Shown: positions 54,836 to 64,000 of the stretch, one piece after another
How the letters are laid out: every line of letters begins with the position of its first letter
How positions within the stretch are numbered: position 1 is the stretch's first letter
NCBI GenBank assembly: GCA_038245845.1
Contig: JBBRRZ010000001.1
Coordinates: 130,681 to 194,680 of the forward strand
Source of the DNA: Candidatus Limnocylindrales bacterium
GTDB taxonomy: Bacteria > Chloroflexota > Limnocylindria > Limnocylindrales > CSP1-4
Length of the DNA: 64,000 nucleotides
Reading direction: 5' to 3'
The notes under the pieces: generated by a model
What the model was told of the DNA's origin: nothing
The model's input: the letters and a program-made list of their open reading frames with translations, nothing else
The model's database searches: none
Translations under genes and position numbers: made by a program

Positions 54836-54852
54836 ACGAGCCCTGGGAACCC

Positions 54853-56397
54853 CTACCGGGTTCGGGGGAAGCCCAGGTCGACGGAGCTCGTGGCGGGGTC
54901 GGGCCAGCGCGACGTGACCACCTTCGACCGCGTGTAGAACTGGATGCCGTCCGGGCCGTACATGTGCAGGTCGCCGAACAGGGACGCCTTCCAGCCGCCG
55001 AAGCTGTAGTACGCGACCGGGACCGGGATCGGCACGTTGATGCCCACCATGCCCACGTTCACGTCGAACTGGAACTTGCGAGCGGCACCGCCGTCGCGCG
55101 TGAAGATCGCCGTCCCGTTGCCATAGTCGTTGCCGTTGATCACGGTCATCGCGTCCTCGTAGGTCGCGACGCGCATCACCGTCAGCACCGGGCCGAAGAT
55201 CTCATCGCGGTAGCAATCCATCGCGGGCTGCACGTCGTCGATGAGCGATGTGCCGAGGTAGAACCCTTCGGATTCGCGATAGAGCGGATGCTCGCGGCCG
55301 TCGGCCACGATCGTCGCGCCCTGCGCGGCGGCGCTGTCGAGATATGAGGCCACCTTGTCTCGATGCTGGCGCGTGACGAGCGGACCCATCTCCGATGCCG
55401 GATCCGATCCCGGCCCCACGACGATCTTCGGCAGCCGGGCCTTGATTGCCTCCACGAGCGGATCGTGGATGTCGCCCACGGCGACGACCGTGGCGATCGC
55501 CATGCAGCGCTCGCCGGCCGAGCCGTAGCCCGCCGAGACGGCCGCGTCCGCCGCCATGTTGATGTCCGCATCCGGCAGCACCAGCATGTGGTTCTTCGCC
55601 CCACCGAGGGCCTGCACGCGCTTGCCGTTCTTCGTGCCCGTCTCGTAGATGTACTTCGCAATCGGCGTGGAGCCCACGAACGAGATCGCAGCGACGTCCG
55701 GGTGGTTGAGCAGCCCGTCGACGGCGATCTTGTCGCCCTGGAGGACAGTGAACACGCCGTCGGGGACGCCCGCCTCGTGGAGGAGCTCGGCGAGGAAGAT
55801 CGCAGCCGAGGGATCCTTCTCGGACGGCTTGAGGATGAACGTGTTGCCGGTGGCGATCGCGTTCGCGAACATCCACATCGGGACCATCGCCGGGAAGTTG
55901 AAAGGCGTGATGCCGGCGACGACGCCCAGCGGCTGGCGGATCTGGTAGACGTCCACGCCGCCCGAGACCTGCTCGCTGAAGCCACCCTTCATGAGCTGCG
56001 GGATGCCGCACGCGAACTCGAGGTTCTCGATGCCACGCGCGATCTCGCCGAGGGCATCGCTCGGAACCTTGCCGTGCTCCGCAGTAAGGAACGCCGCGAG
56101 GTCCTTGCGCCGGGCGTCCACGAGGTTGCGGACCCGGAACATGATCTCGGTCCGCTTCGACAGCGATGTCGCGCGCCACGCCGGGAAGGCGGCCTTCGCA
56201 GCGGCCACGGCCGTATCGAGCTCCCCGAGCGACGCGAAGTCGACCCACTTCTCCTGGGCCCCCGTCGCCGGGTTGAACACGGGGCCCTGGCGGCCGGAGG
56301 TCCCGGCGACGGGACGCCCGCCGATCCAGTGTCCGACGGTGGGCAGGGCGGTGGTTGCGGAGGGTGCGGAGCCCGCAGGCTCGGCCAGCTGGGTCAT
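54853..56397 (-). CDS. mmsA: CoA-acylating methylmalonate/malonate-semialdehyde dehydrogenase
   Basis: Start MTQLAEPAGS. VGHWIGGRPV...FNPATG, FNFPAMVPMWMF and the catalytic Cys context GSAGERCMAI. Length about 514 aa. Confidence 0.9.
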   Translation of the reverse strand: MTQLAEPAGSAPSATTALPTVGHWIGGRPVAGTSGRQGPVFNPATGAQEKWVDFASLGELDTAVAAAKAAFPAWRATSLSKRTEIMFRVRNLVDARRKDLAAFLTAEHGKVPSDALGEIARGIENLEFACGIPQLMKGGFSEQVSGGVDVYQIRQPLGVVAGITPFNFPAMVPMWMFANAIATGNTFILKPSEKDPSAAIFLAELLHEAGVPDGVFTVLQGDKIAVDGLLNHPDVAAISFVGSTPIAKYIYETGTKNGKRVQALGGAKNHMLVLPDADINMAADAAVSAGYGSAGERCMAIATVVAVGDIHDPLVEAIKARLPKIVVGPGSDPASEMGPLVTRQHRDKVASYLDSAAAQGATIVADGREHPLYRESEGFYLGTSLIDDVQPAMDCYRDEIFGPVLTVMRVATYEDAMTVINGNDYGNGTAIFTRDGGAARKFQFDVNVGMVGINVPIPVPVAYYSFGGWKASLFGDLHMYGPDGIQFYTRSKVVTSRWPDPATSSVDLGFPRTR

Positions 56398-56514
56398 GAA
56401 CAGGGCCTCGTGCGGCGGTAAGGACCAGGATGTCGCGCCCTTCACTCTACTCCCAGCCCGCCCGGCGCCGCGTCGCGACGGACGCCCGCATCGGCGGTCG
56501 CAACCGACCTCCCG

Positions 56515-57516
56515 CTAGATCCTGGGCCGCGTGGTGGGGTCCGGCCAGTCCGGTTCACCGTCCACACGCGGGCGCGCGGTCGACGCATTCGCAGGGCGGT
56601 CAGCTTCGCCATCGCCGCGGACCCAGACAGCCTCCCCGGAGCGGACCCGCAGCACCTGGACGGTGAGGAGCACCAGGGCAACGAGGGCGATCCCGACCGA
56701 GAGCACCTGGTCCATCCGGAGTGGCCCGAGCACCAGCGGGTCTCGCCACGTGAACGCGACGAAAAGGCGCGCGACGGCCCACATGGCGAGGCCCAGCAAG
56801 AAGACCCCGCCCGTCCGCCGTCGGAAGGCACCGCCCGCGAGCATCGCAAGCAGCGTCGCGATCACGACGACCGTCGCCAGCGCCTCGTAGACCTGTGATG
56901 GGTGCGACGGAACCTCGGGCGCCAGCGAGAGCCAGGGTCCGGGGCCCGTGTACGCGGTCGCCAGCGCCCCGTCCCAGGGGAGGCCCTGCCCATCGCCGCC
57001 GAGCGCCATCGCCAGCTTCCCGCCCGCGATCGCGAACAGCAGTGGCACGATGGCAGCGTGGAGCCAGCGCCCGACGGGCGCCCCCAGGAGTGAGGCGACT
57101 ACCGACGCGGACAGCACGCCCCCGATGACGGCGAGCGACAGCTGGAACCCGCCCTGGCCGATGTCCACGATCGCGCCCGGGTTGGCGGCGTAGTAGTCGA
57201 CGTGGAGGAGCCAGTACCCGAGCCGCCCGAAGACGACTGCACCGGGCAGCGACGCGACGACGATGTACAACAGGTCGTCCCGACGCAGGTGGTTGGGCTC
57301 ATCGTCCTCGGCCGGGTCGGTTGGCGCGACGATGTCATCCGGGGAGCGACCGATGTCGACGGGCGTCCGGCGTGCGATCCGCGCGGCGACGAGGAGAGCC
57401 ACGAGGATGACGACGGCCAGCGCGATCGTCTGCAGCCGGACGTTCAGGTCGCCGACCTGCGTGATCGGGTCGAACGCCAGCTCGATGACGGGGCGGACGG
57501 AGGTGAGGATCGGCAC
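56515..57516 (-). CDS. Prolipoprotein diacylglyceryl transferase (Lgt)-like membrane protein
   Basis: Multi-TM protein. The segments VVFGRLGYWLLH and AIAGGKLAMALGGDGQGLPWDGALATAY resemble Lgt motifs but with substitutions, so the family call is tentative. Confidence 0.5.
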   Translation of the reverse strand: MPILTSVRPVIELAFDPITQVGDLNVRLQTIALAVVILVALLVAARIARRTPVDIGRSPDDIVAPTDPAEDDEPNHLRRDDLLYIVVASLPGAVVFGRLGYWLLHVDYYAANPGAIVDIGQGGFQLSLAVIGGVLSASVVASLLGAPVGRWLHAAIVPLLFAIAGGKLAMALGGDGQGLPWDGALATAYTGPGPWLSLAPEVPSHPSQVYEALATVVVIATLLAMLAGGAFRRRTGGVFLLGLAMWAVARLFVAFTWRDPLVLGPLRMDQVLSVGIALVALVLLTVQVLRVRSGEAVWVRGDGEADRPANASTARPRVDGEPDWPDPTTRPRI

Positions 57517-57578
57517 GTGCGGCAGTCTACCGGCCCCGGTCCCTCGTCCGTCGGCGCCACCGCTCGTCCCCGTGAATC

Positions 57579-57611
57579 GCGAAGCCCCCGGCCGGTGGCC
57601 GGGGGCTTCGC
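57579..57611 (-). terminator. 15-bp GC-rich stem-loop 18 nt after the first S8 protease stop
   Basis: GCGAAGCCCCCGGCC-GGT-GGCCGGGGGCTTCGC. The 37-nt element 57574-57610 is 35/37 identical to 60962-60998. Confidence 0.6.
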
Positions 57612-57629
57612 TGCTGGTTCAGGAGGGGG

Positions 57630-60600
57630 TCAGGGAACGCCGATCGGCACGAGGTCCGCCTGTGCGGCCCCGTTCGCGTCGTCCCTGGTCACGATCATCC
57701 AGCCCAGCGCCGGCGACGCGGACAGCTTGCCCTTGTCGACCGCGACGGCCAGGGTATCCGACCCGCCGACCGGGATGGTGATGAAGCTGCCCGTCGAGAC
57801 GGCCGGCTTCTTGACCGAGTACGCGGCCGTGCCGGTAAGGTCGACGAGCGTGCCGTCCTCCACCGAGAACCCGGCCACGTTGTACGTGAAGCGCGCGTTG
57901 TTGCTCGTCTGCCCGATCTCGCTGGCGAGCAGCGGGAGCAGGACGGTCGAGCCATTCGCCGGAGCGTCCGCGACCCACCCGTCGACGAGGTCGCCGGCGG
58001 CAGTGAACACGAACGAGGCCATCTGGCCGTTGAAGTCCCCGGTGGTCACGGCGCCGTAGTCCACGCCGACGACGGTGAAGTCCGGCTTGTGCTTGTTGGC
58101 GCCGTAGATGCTGATGTCGAACTCATTCGACGACCCGGTCGACCAGTTGTTCCACGTGTTGACCGCAAAGATCAGCCCGCGGTCGCTGGGATCCGGGACT
58201 CCCGTGAGGGCCTCCGCGGGCAGCGACTGGATGCCTACTGCCCGGATGTCGTTCGTCGAGCGCGGGCCTGCCGGCAGGTCCTTGGGATCGGCGATCGACC
58301 ACGCATACACATCGGCGTCGCCGCTGTGGATGCCGCTGTTGGCGAGCGGAACGGTGGCGCGGGCGATGCCGTTGCTCACCGTGTAGCCGGAGCGGGCGCC
58401 CGCCGTCACGTTCGACAGCGGTCGCGGGACCGCCGTGAACGGGATGCGCAGCTCGTACACCCCGGCCGCCGAGGCCGTCGGGGTCGCACGGACGACGTTG
58501 CTCGAGGCGAGGATGCCGCCCCACAGCCCGTTCGCGAAGACGGACGTGCCGGGGAATGCGGCAAGGCTCCCGAGGCTGCGCGCGGCGGTCGCGTCGACCG
58601 TTGCGGAGCCGTGGGCGGGGACGGTGACCGTCGCCGACGACAGAGTCACGATGCTCGCGCCCGTGAGGGTGTAGGTGATCGCCGCGTCCGAGTCGTTCCA
58701 GAGCGTGATCGGCTTCGTCTCGCTGTATGCCCCGCTGACCGGGTCGTACCCGAACGAGAGGCTGGCGGTGTTCACCCCGGTCGTGGCGAACGCGACCGTG
58801 TCGGCCGCCCTGCGAGGCTGGACGAGGCCGGCACCCCAGATGCGGGTGCTGTAGCCCTTCGTGACCGACGCCGCCGCGGTCGCCGTGTTCATGATCGCGG
58901 CCTTGACCTTGAGCGAGCTCCAGGTCGGGTTGGCCGCCTTGACCAGCGCCGCGACGCCCGCGACATGCGGGGACGCCATCGACGTGCCGGACAGCGTCGT
59001 GCCCTTCGTGCCGCCGCCGCTGAGCGTGGACACGATCGACACGCCGGGTCCGGTGACGTCCGGCTTGGACGCGTTGTCGCCGTTCCGGGGACCGCCCGAC
59101 GAGAAGCTCGCGAGCGACGTATAGGTCGGGTTGTTCACCAGCCCGCCGGGCTTGAGCGTCACGCCCTGCCCGTCGGCGGCGATCAGCGCAGCCTTGACGC
59201 CACGGCCCACGCCGATCATCGGGATGTCGAACAGCTCCGGGTTGTAGCCGATGAAGGTCGGCAGCTCGTCCGGGTTCACGATGTCGTCGCGGTTGACGAC
59301 GATCATCCCGACCGCGCCCGCCGCCTGGGCCGCTGCGCCCTTGTCGACGAAGGCGCACACGCCGCGCTGGATGACGACGACCGAGTTTTCCGGCAGGGTG
59401 CCGTAGTCGGCTGTCAAACAGCCGAGGCTGAGGCCGCCGGAGCCGTTGCCGATGACCTTGAGCGTGCCCGCGACCGGGAGGCCGGGGTACGCGTTCTGGT
59501 TGTTGGCGTTGGTGATGTCGGTTGCCGTGGCGAGGTCGATGATCGCGCCCGGGAACGTCGCGAGGGTGTCCTCCGCGGCGACCGAGATGGCGCCGTCGGC
59601 GGTTGCCGGGGAGCCCGTGATGAACGCGTTGGGGCCGGAGTTGCCGGCCGACGCAACGACGGTCACGCCGATCGCCACGAGGTTGTTCGTGGCGACGGCG
59701 TCCGGATCGTCGCTCCGACCGAACGGTGAGCCGAGCGACATGTTGACGACGTCGATGCCGTCCGTGTGCGTGGCGTTGTAGGTCGCAACCCACTCGAGGG
59801 CGTCGGTGGTGAGGTCCGTGGACCCTGCGCAGCCGAAGATCTTGAGCGCGATCAGGCTCGCCTCGGGCGCGACGCCCGGGCCGATTCCGAAGGTGTTGGC
59901 CGAGGTCGTGGAGTCGTACGGACCGGTGAACGGCGTGCCGTCGGCGAGGACGCCGTTACCGGCCGCCGTGCCGGACACGTGCGAACCGTGGCCGAAACAG
60001 TCGAGCGGGTCCGGGTCCGGCGACGGCGTGACCGAGCCGTTGTCGCCGGTCGCGTCGTAACCGTTGCCCGCGAAGTCCCAGCCGCCGATGACCTTGGCGG
60101 TCGGGAATGAGCCGGCCTCGATCTTCGTGGAGTCGTTGGCCTGCCAGTCCGCGACGCTCCCCGAGCCGCCGAGGTTCGCGTGCATGTAGTCGATCCCGGT
60201 GTCGATCACGGCGATCGTGACGCCGGCGCCGGTCACGCCCAGGTCTTCCCAGACGGCGGGGGCGCCGATGAACGGCACGCTGTTGGCATTGTCGACCGTG
60301 TACGTGCGGACGCCGCGAACCGCGCTGACGCCCGGGACGGCGGCGAGGGCCGCAATGCGGTTGCCCGCGATGCGCACCTTGATGCCGTTGTATGCCTGCT
60401 GATAGCGGCCCCTGACAGACCCGCCCAGCGCCTTGATCTGCTTGTCCAGCTTCTTCTGCTCGGCGAGCAGCGTCCTGCCGACGCTCGTGCGCTGCGCTCC
60501 GGTCAGGCCCTTCCGCGCCGCCGCGGGCTGGTCCTTGAGCTGGAGCATCACGGTGACCGGCGCCTTCGACAGGAGCCGGGGGGTCAGGAGCGGGTCGATC

Positions 60601-60719
60601 GTGCTGACGTCGAGCCGCTGGAACTGGCGCGTCGGCGGGTCGGCCGCGACCGCGGCGGGTGCCGCGCTCAGGACGATCAGTGCCGATGCCGCCAATCCGG
60701 CGAACAGCCTCCGGATCAT
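57630..60719 (-). CDS. Secreted S8 subtilisin-family serine protease with I9 propeptide, PA-domain insertion and a long C-terminal extension (1029 aa)
   Basis: Start MIRRLFAGLAASALIVLSAAPAAVAADPP (signal peptide). Catalytic residues: Asp in AVIDTGID, His in HGSHVSGTAAG, Asn in SAGNSGPN and Ser in SGTSMASPHVAG. The 1280-aa track ORF reads through the intergenic terminator. Confidence 0.9.
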   Translation of the reverse strand: MIRRLFAGLAASALIVLSAAPAAVAADPPTRQFQRLDVSTIDPLLTPRLLSKAPVTVMLQLKDQPAAARKGLTGAQRTSVGRTLLAEQKKLDKQIKALGGSVRGRYQQAYNGIKVRIAGNRIAALAAVPGVSAVRGVRTYTVDNANSVPFIGAPAVWEDLGVTGAGVTIAVIDTGIDYMHANLGGSGSVADWQANDSTKIEAGSFPTAKVIGGWDFAGNGYDATGDNGSVTPSPDPDPLDCFGHGSHVSGTAAGNGVLADGTPFTGPYDSTTSANTFGIGPGVAPEASLIALKIFGCAGSTDLTTDALEWVATYNATHTDGIDVVNMSLGSPFGRSDDPDAVATNNLVAIGVTVVASAGNSGPNAFITGSPATADGAISVAAEDTLATFPGAIIDLATATDITNANNQNAYPGLPVAGTLKVIGNGSGGLSLGCLTADYGTLPENSVVVIQRGVCAFVDKGAAAQAAGAVGMIVVNRDDIVNPDELPTFIGYNPELFDIPMIGVGRGVKAALIAADGQGVTLKPGGLVNNPTYTSLASFSSGGPRNGDNASKPDVTGPGVSIVSTLSGGGTKGTTLSGTSMASPHVAGVAALVKAANPTWSSLKVKAAIMNTATAAASVTKGYSTRIWGAGLVQPRRAADTVAFATTGVNTASLSFGYDPVSGAYSETKPITLWNDSDAAITYTLTGASIVTLSSATVTVPAHGSATVDATAARSLGSLAAFPGTSVFANGLWGGILASSNVVRATPTASAAGVYELRIPFTAVPRPLSNVTAGARSGYTVSNGIARATVPLANSGIHSGDADVYAWSIADPKDLPAGPRSTNDIRAVGIQSLPAEALTGVPDPSDRGLIFAVNTWNNWSTGSSNEFDISIYGANKHKPDFTVVGVDYGAVTTGDFNGQMASFVFTAAGDLVDGWVADAPANGSTVLLPLLASEIGQTSNNARFTYNVAGFSVEDGTLVDLTGTAAYSVKKPAVSTGSFITIPVGGSDTLAVAVDKGKLSASPALGWMIVTRDDANGAAQADLVPIGVP

Positions 60720-60967
60720 GGTCCTCCCAGCAGGCCGTGCCTGCATTGTCGGCGCCTCCCGGCGCACACAGCGGGCAGTCCCCATCGAGGGTGTTGGACA
60801 GGGACTGCAGCCCGGGGCTCCCATCCCCGGCGATGCGCGACAGCGTACTGCCCGGCGCCGTCGCACGGAAGGCAGGAAACCTTGCGAAACCATTGACGCC
60901 GCCCGGAAGGTGGTGCGAGCCGACACCGGGTGCGGTGCGATTGCGCACCGGCGCCAGCCCTGAATCA

Positions 60968-60998
60968 CGAAGCCCCCGGCCGGCGGCCGGGGGCTTCG
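60968..60998 (-). terminator. 14-bp GC-rich stem-loop 14 nt after the second S8 protease stop
   Basis: CGAAGCCCCCGGCC-GGC-GGCCGGGGGCTTCG, a paralogous copy of the hairpin at 57579-57611. Confidence 0.6.
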
Positions 60999-61012
60999 AA
61001 GCGTGCCGGGGG

Positions 61013-63211
61013 TTACTTCACGAAGGCGTACACCGCCGAGTGCGCGACGAGCGTTGCGCCATCCGTGATCGTGAGCCACGCCTGCTTGTCGCCGGCCAAG
61101 GCCGACTTGGCGAATAGCGCGTTCACCGTGAAGGTCGTCGACGCGCCCGCCGCGAGGGTCACCGACGGGACGCTGGTGGAGAACGAGACGCCCGAGGCCG
61201 GGCCGTATGCCGCGATGCCGACGCCCCACGTGTGGGTTGTCGTCCCGGCGTTGAGGATCCGGACCGTGGTCGACTTCGTGACGCCCGAGCGGGAGGGCGT
61301 CGAGCCGAAGCTGACGCTGACCGGATCGAGGAGCGCGACGGCCTCCGTCGCACTGGCGAGGTTCGCCTTGCCGGCGCCCTGGACATTCACGTCGACGACG
61401 CCGCCGTCGAGCGTGTACTTCTCGAGCGCATCGACGTCGGCCGAGTTGACGATCGCAGAGCGGACGGCCCACGCCGGCCAGGTCGGGTGCTGCTGGCGGA
61501 CGATCGCCGCCATGCCAGCGAGGTGCGGGGAGGCCATCGACGTGCCCTGGAAGAACGCGAAGCAGGGGTTGCCGTCGCAGAAGCTGGTCGGGATCGACGA
61601 CAGGACGTTGACGCCCGGGGAGACCACGTCGGGCTTGACCCGGAAGTCGACGTCCGTCGGGCCCTGGCTCGAGAAGTCGGCCATGACGCCGGCGTCGTAG
61701 AACGGGTAGATGTAGGCAGGCGCGCCGACCGAGACCGTCGAGCCGTCCTCGGCCATGAACGAGGCGGCCTCGTCAAGGCCGATCATCCAGCCCGGGATCG
61801 TCGGGCTTGCAGCCGCGCTGCCACCCATCGTGAACGGGGCGCCGTCGACGCGGTTGACGACGATTGCCGCCTTGTAGCCAGCCTTCTGGGCGAAGTCGAG
61901 CTTGACCGCGAAGTCGCACACGCCGCGCTGGATGAGCGCGATGCTGTCGGCGGGAGCCGCGGGCAGCGCCTCGCAGGCAAGGTTGAGGCCCGAGACGCCG
62001 GTGCCCACGGTCACGTCGAGCGTCCCCGTGACCGGGAACGACGCCGGGACGCCGAACTCACCCTGGACGCCCGGTGCGTCCGCGGCGCCGGCGGAGATCG
62101 GGTTCGCGACCTGGTGGTTGACCGTGGCCGCACCGGCGGTCAGGGCACGCTTCGCGGAGCCCGGCGAACCGACGGTGTAATGGCCGGGCCCGTCGTTGCC
62201 CGCCGAGATGGCGAACACGAGATTGGCCTGGTCGAGGTTGTCGACAGCGACCGTCAGGAGGTCCTGCACGCCATGGGCCCCACCACCGAGGCTCATGTTG
62301 ACGACGTCCATGCCGTCCGTGTAGGCGGCTTCCATCGCATTGAGGATGTCCTCGCTGCGCGCATTCTCGACATCGCCCGGGAACACGACGTAGCTGCCGA
62401 GGAGCGCCTTCGGGGCGACACCGGACAGCCCGTACGGGATCGCCGCACCGCCCACGTTCGCCTGGGTGCCGTAGTTGCAGGCGATCGTGCCCGCGACGTG
62501 GGACCCGTGCTCCTGGACCGCCTTCGCGTCGAAGCCGTTCTGGTTGAGCTTGTTGTTGAACACCCGGGCGACGATCACCTTGTTGTTGGTGTATCGCGCG
62601 TCGCCCTTCTTCGAGACGGTGGCGTAGCCGGCGTCGCTGAAGCACGGGTGGGTGATGTCGATGCCGGTGTCGATGACGCCGACCTTGACCCCGGCGCCCG
62701 CCGTGGACGAACCGACGCCGGCGTTGGCCCAACCCTCGAGCGCGGAGATCTGCGCGAGGTCGGGGTCGTCCGCCGTGGGGTGGTAGACGCCCTCGTACTC
62801 TGCCCGTGACACGAGCGTCGAGGTGCGGATCGTGGTCAGCGACGTGCCGTTGAGCTTGACCGACACGGCGTTGAGCGACAGGTCGTAGCCCCTGACCACC
62901 TGCGCCTTGGGGGCGGTCTTCTGGAGCCACGCCTTGAAGTCGTTGCGCGTCGCGGTGAGGAGGGCCTTGTACGACTTCACCGTGGTGCTGGTGAAGTCGA
63001 TCTTCTTGCCCTGGGCAGGCTTCGTCTTGACGTACGTCGAGAGCGGAGCGCCGCTGAGCTGGACGAGCGCGTAGGCCTTGTCGACCGTGGTGATGGCCCT
63101 TGTCGAGTCGGTCTGCGCGCCATTGACGATCCGCCCGGCCGCGCCGGCGGGCACGGCAACGATGAGGGCGGCGGTCATGGCGGCGGCCATGGCGAGCCGG
63201 AAGCGTCGCAC
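61013..63211 (-). CDS. Secreted S8 subtilisin-family serine protease with I9 propeptide and PA-domain insertion (732 aa)
   Basis: GTG start 8 nt after GGGAGGAG gives VRRFRLAMAAAMTAALIVAVPAGAAG. Catalytic residues: Asp in GVIDTGID, His in HGSHVAGT, Asn in SAGNDGPG and Ser in QGTSMASPHLAG. Confidence 0.9.
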   Translation of the reverse strand: MRRFRLAMAAAMTAALIVAVPAGAAGRIVNGAQTDSTRAITTVDKAYALVQLSGAPLSTYVKTKPAQGKKIDFTSTTVKSYKALLTATRNDFKAWLQKTAPKAQVVRGYDLSLNAVSVKLNGTSLTTIRTSTLVSRAEYEGVYHPTADDPDLAQISALEGWANAGVGSSTAGAGVKVGVIDTGIDITHPCFSDAGYATVSKKGDARYTNNKVIVARVFNNKLNQNGFDAKAVQEHGSHVAGTIACNYGTQANVGGAAIPYGLSGVAPKALLGSYVVFPGDVENARSEDILNAMEAAYTDGMDVVNMSLGGGAHGVQDLLTVAVDNLDQANLVFAISAGNDGPGHYTVGSPGSAKRALTAGAATVNHQVANPISAGAADAPGVQGEFGVPASFPVTGTLDVTVGTGVSGLNLACEALPAAPADSIALIQRGVCDFAVKLDFAQKAGYKAAIVVNRVDGAPFTMGGSAAASPTIPGWMIGLDEAASFMAEDGSTVSVGAPAYIYPFYDAGVMADFSSQGPTDVDFRVKPDVVSPGVNVLSSIPTSFCDGNPCFAFFQGTSMASPHLAGMAAIVRQQHPTWPAWAVRSAIVNSADVDALEKYTLDGGVVDVNVQGAGKANLASATEAVALLDPVSVSFGSTPSRSGVTKSTTVRILNAGTTTHTWGVGIAAYGPASGVSFSTSVPSVTLAAGASTTFTVNALFAKSALAGDKQAWLTITDGATLVAHSAVYAFVK

Positions 63212-63417
63212 GATGAGGTCTCCTCCCAGTGAGACTTGCGTGTGTCCGCAGGCGCGTCTGCACGCGCACCGCCCCCGGTTCGGGCGACTGTAGCCCAGAA
63301 GTCCCATGCTGCCCATCGTCTGAGGTCAGGTGATGGTGCACGCGGGAACCACGACTCGCGAGGGGGTCCGTGGGAGTCGGGATCGCACCAACGGGCGCCC
63401 CGTGCGGCCCCCGGGCG

Positions 63418-64000
<583 letters not shown>

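Noticed and set aside
57630-61472. 1280-aa ORF suggesting one giant protease
   Set aside because: The upstream 250 codons run through the intergenic terminator hairpin (60968-60998) and into the preceding gene's 3' end. A signal peptide with an RBS starts at 60719. These are two separate S8 genes.

Overview
This is a very GC-rich (roughly 70%), gene-dense chromosomal segment of Gram-positive type, probably Actinomycetota-like or Chloroflexota-like (inference only). I found no rRNA, tRNA, CRISPR array, transposase or integrase. All calls rest on reading the supplied translations for family motifs plus manual start-codon and RBS inspection; no database search was run.

Gene content, left to right:
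- **1-1309:** phoU-arsC-sixA chain joined by 4-nt start/stop overlaps.
- **1325-12788:** L-arabinose locus. It holds araB-araD-araA, a ChvE/GguAB-like sugar ABC importer, a Zn-dehydrogenase, a mutarotase and a divergent LacI-type regulator. Two copies of a CGTTATCGTTCCCGT operator-like motif are present.
- **12834-28948:** phosphate-related and housekeeping stretch. It holds GDPD, an EEP phosphatase, a SenX3-like kinase, proS, a PiT transporter with its DUF47 partner, a RegX3-like regulator, gltX, a DtxR-family regulator, two unusual J-domain proteins, asparaginase II and upp.
- **29191-32428:** translationally coupled FemAB-like / GNAT / CoA-transferase trio, next to a LuxR-type response-regulator remnant.
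- **32865-39155:** M13 peptidase, two small secreted proteins and an MFS transporter fused to a cNMP-binding domain.
- **39217-56397:** large reductive pyrimidine / beta-alanine catabolism supercluster. It holds an NMT1-type ABC importer, PLP decarboxylase, omega-aminotransferase, beta-ureidopropionase, dihydropyrimidinase and mmsA.
- **56515-64000:** Lgt-like gene, two tandem S8 subtilases with near-identical terminator hairpins, and a partial mdh.

The best candidate for new biology is in the pyrimidine supercluster. No canonical dihydropyrimidine dehydrogenase is present in the window. An F420-type LLM oxidoreductase coupled to a MOSC protein, followed by a degenerate PlsY-like protein, sits in its place.

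Many long ORFs in the six-frame track are antisense shadows or 5' over-extensions caused by the high GC content.
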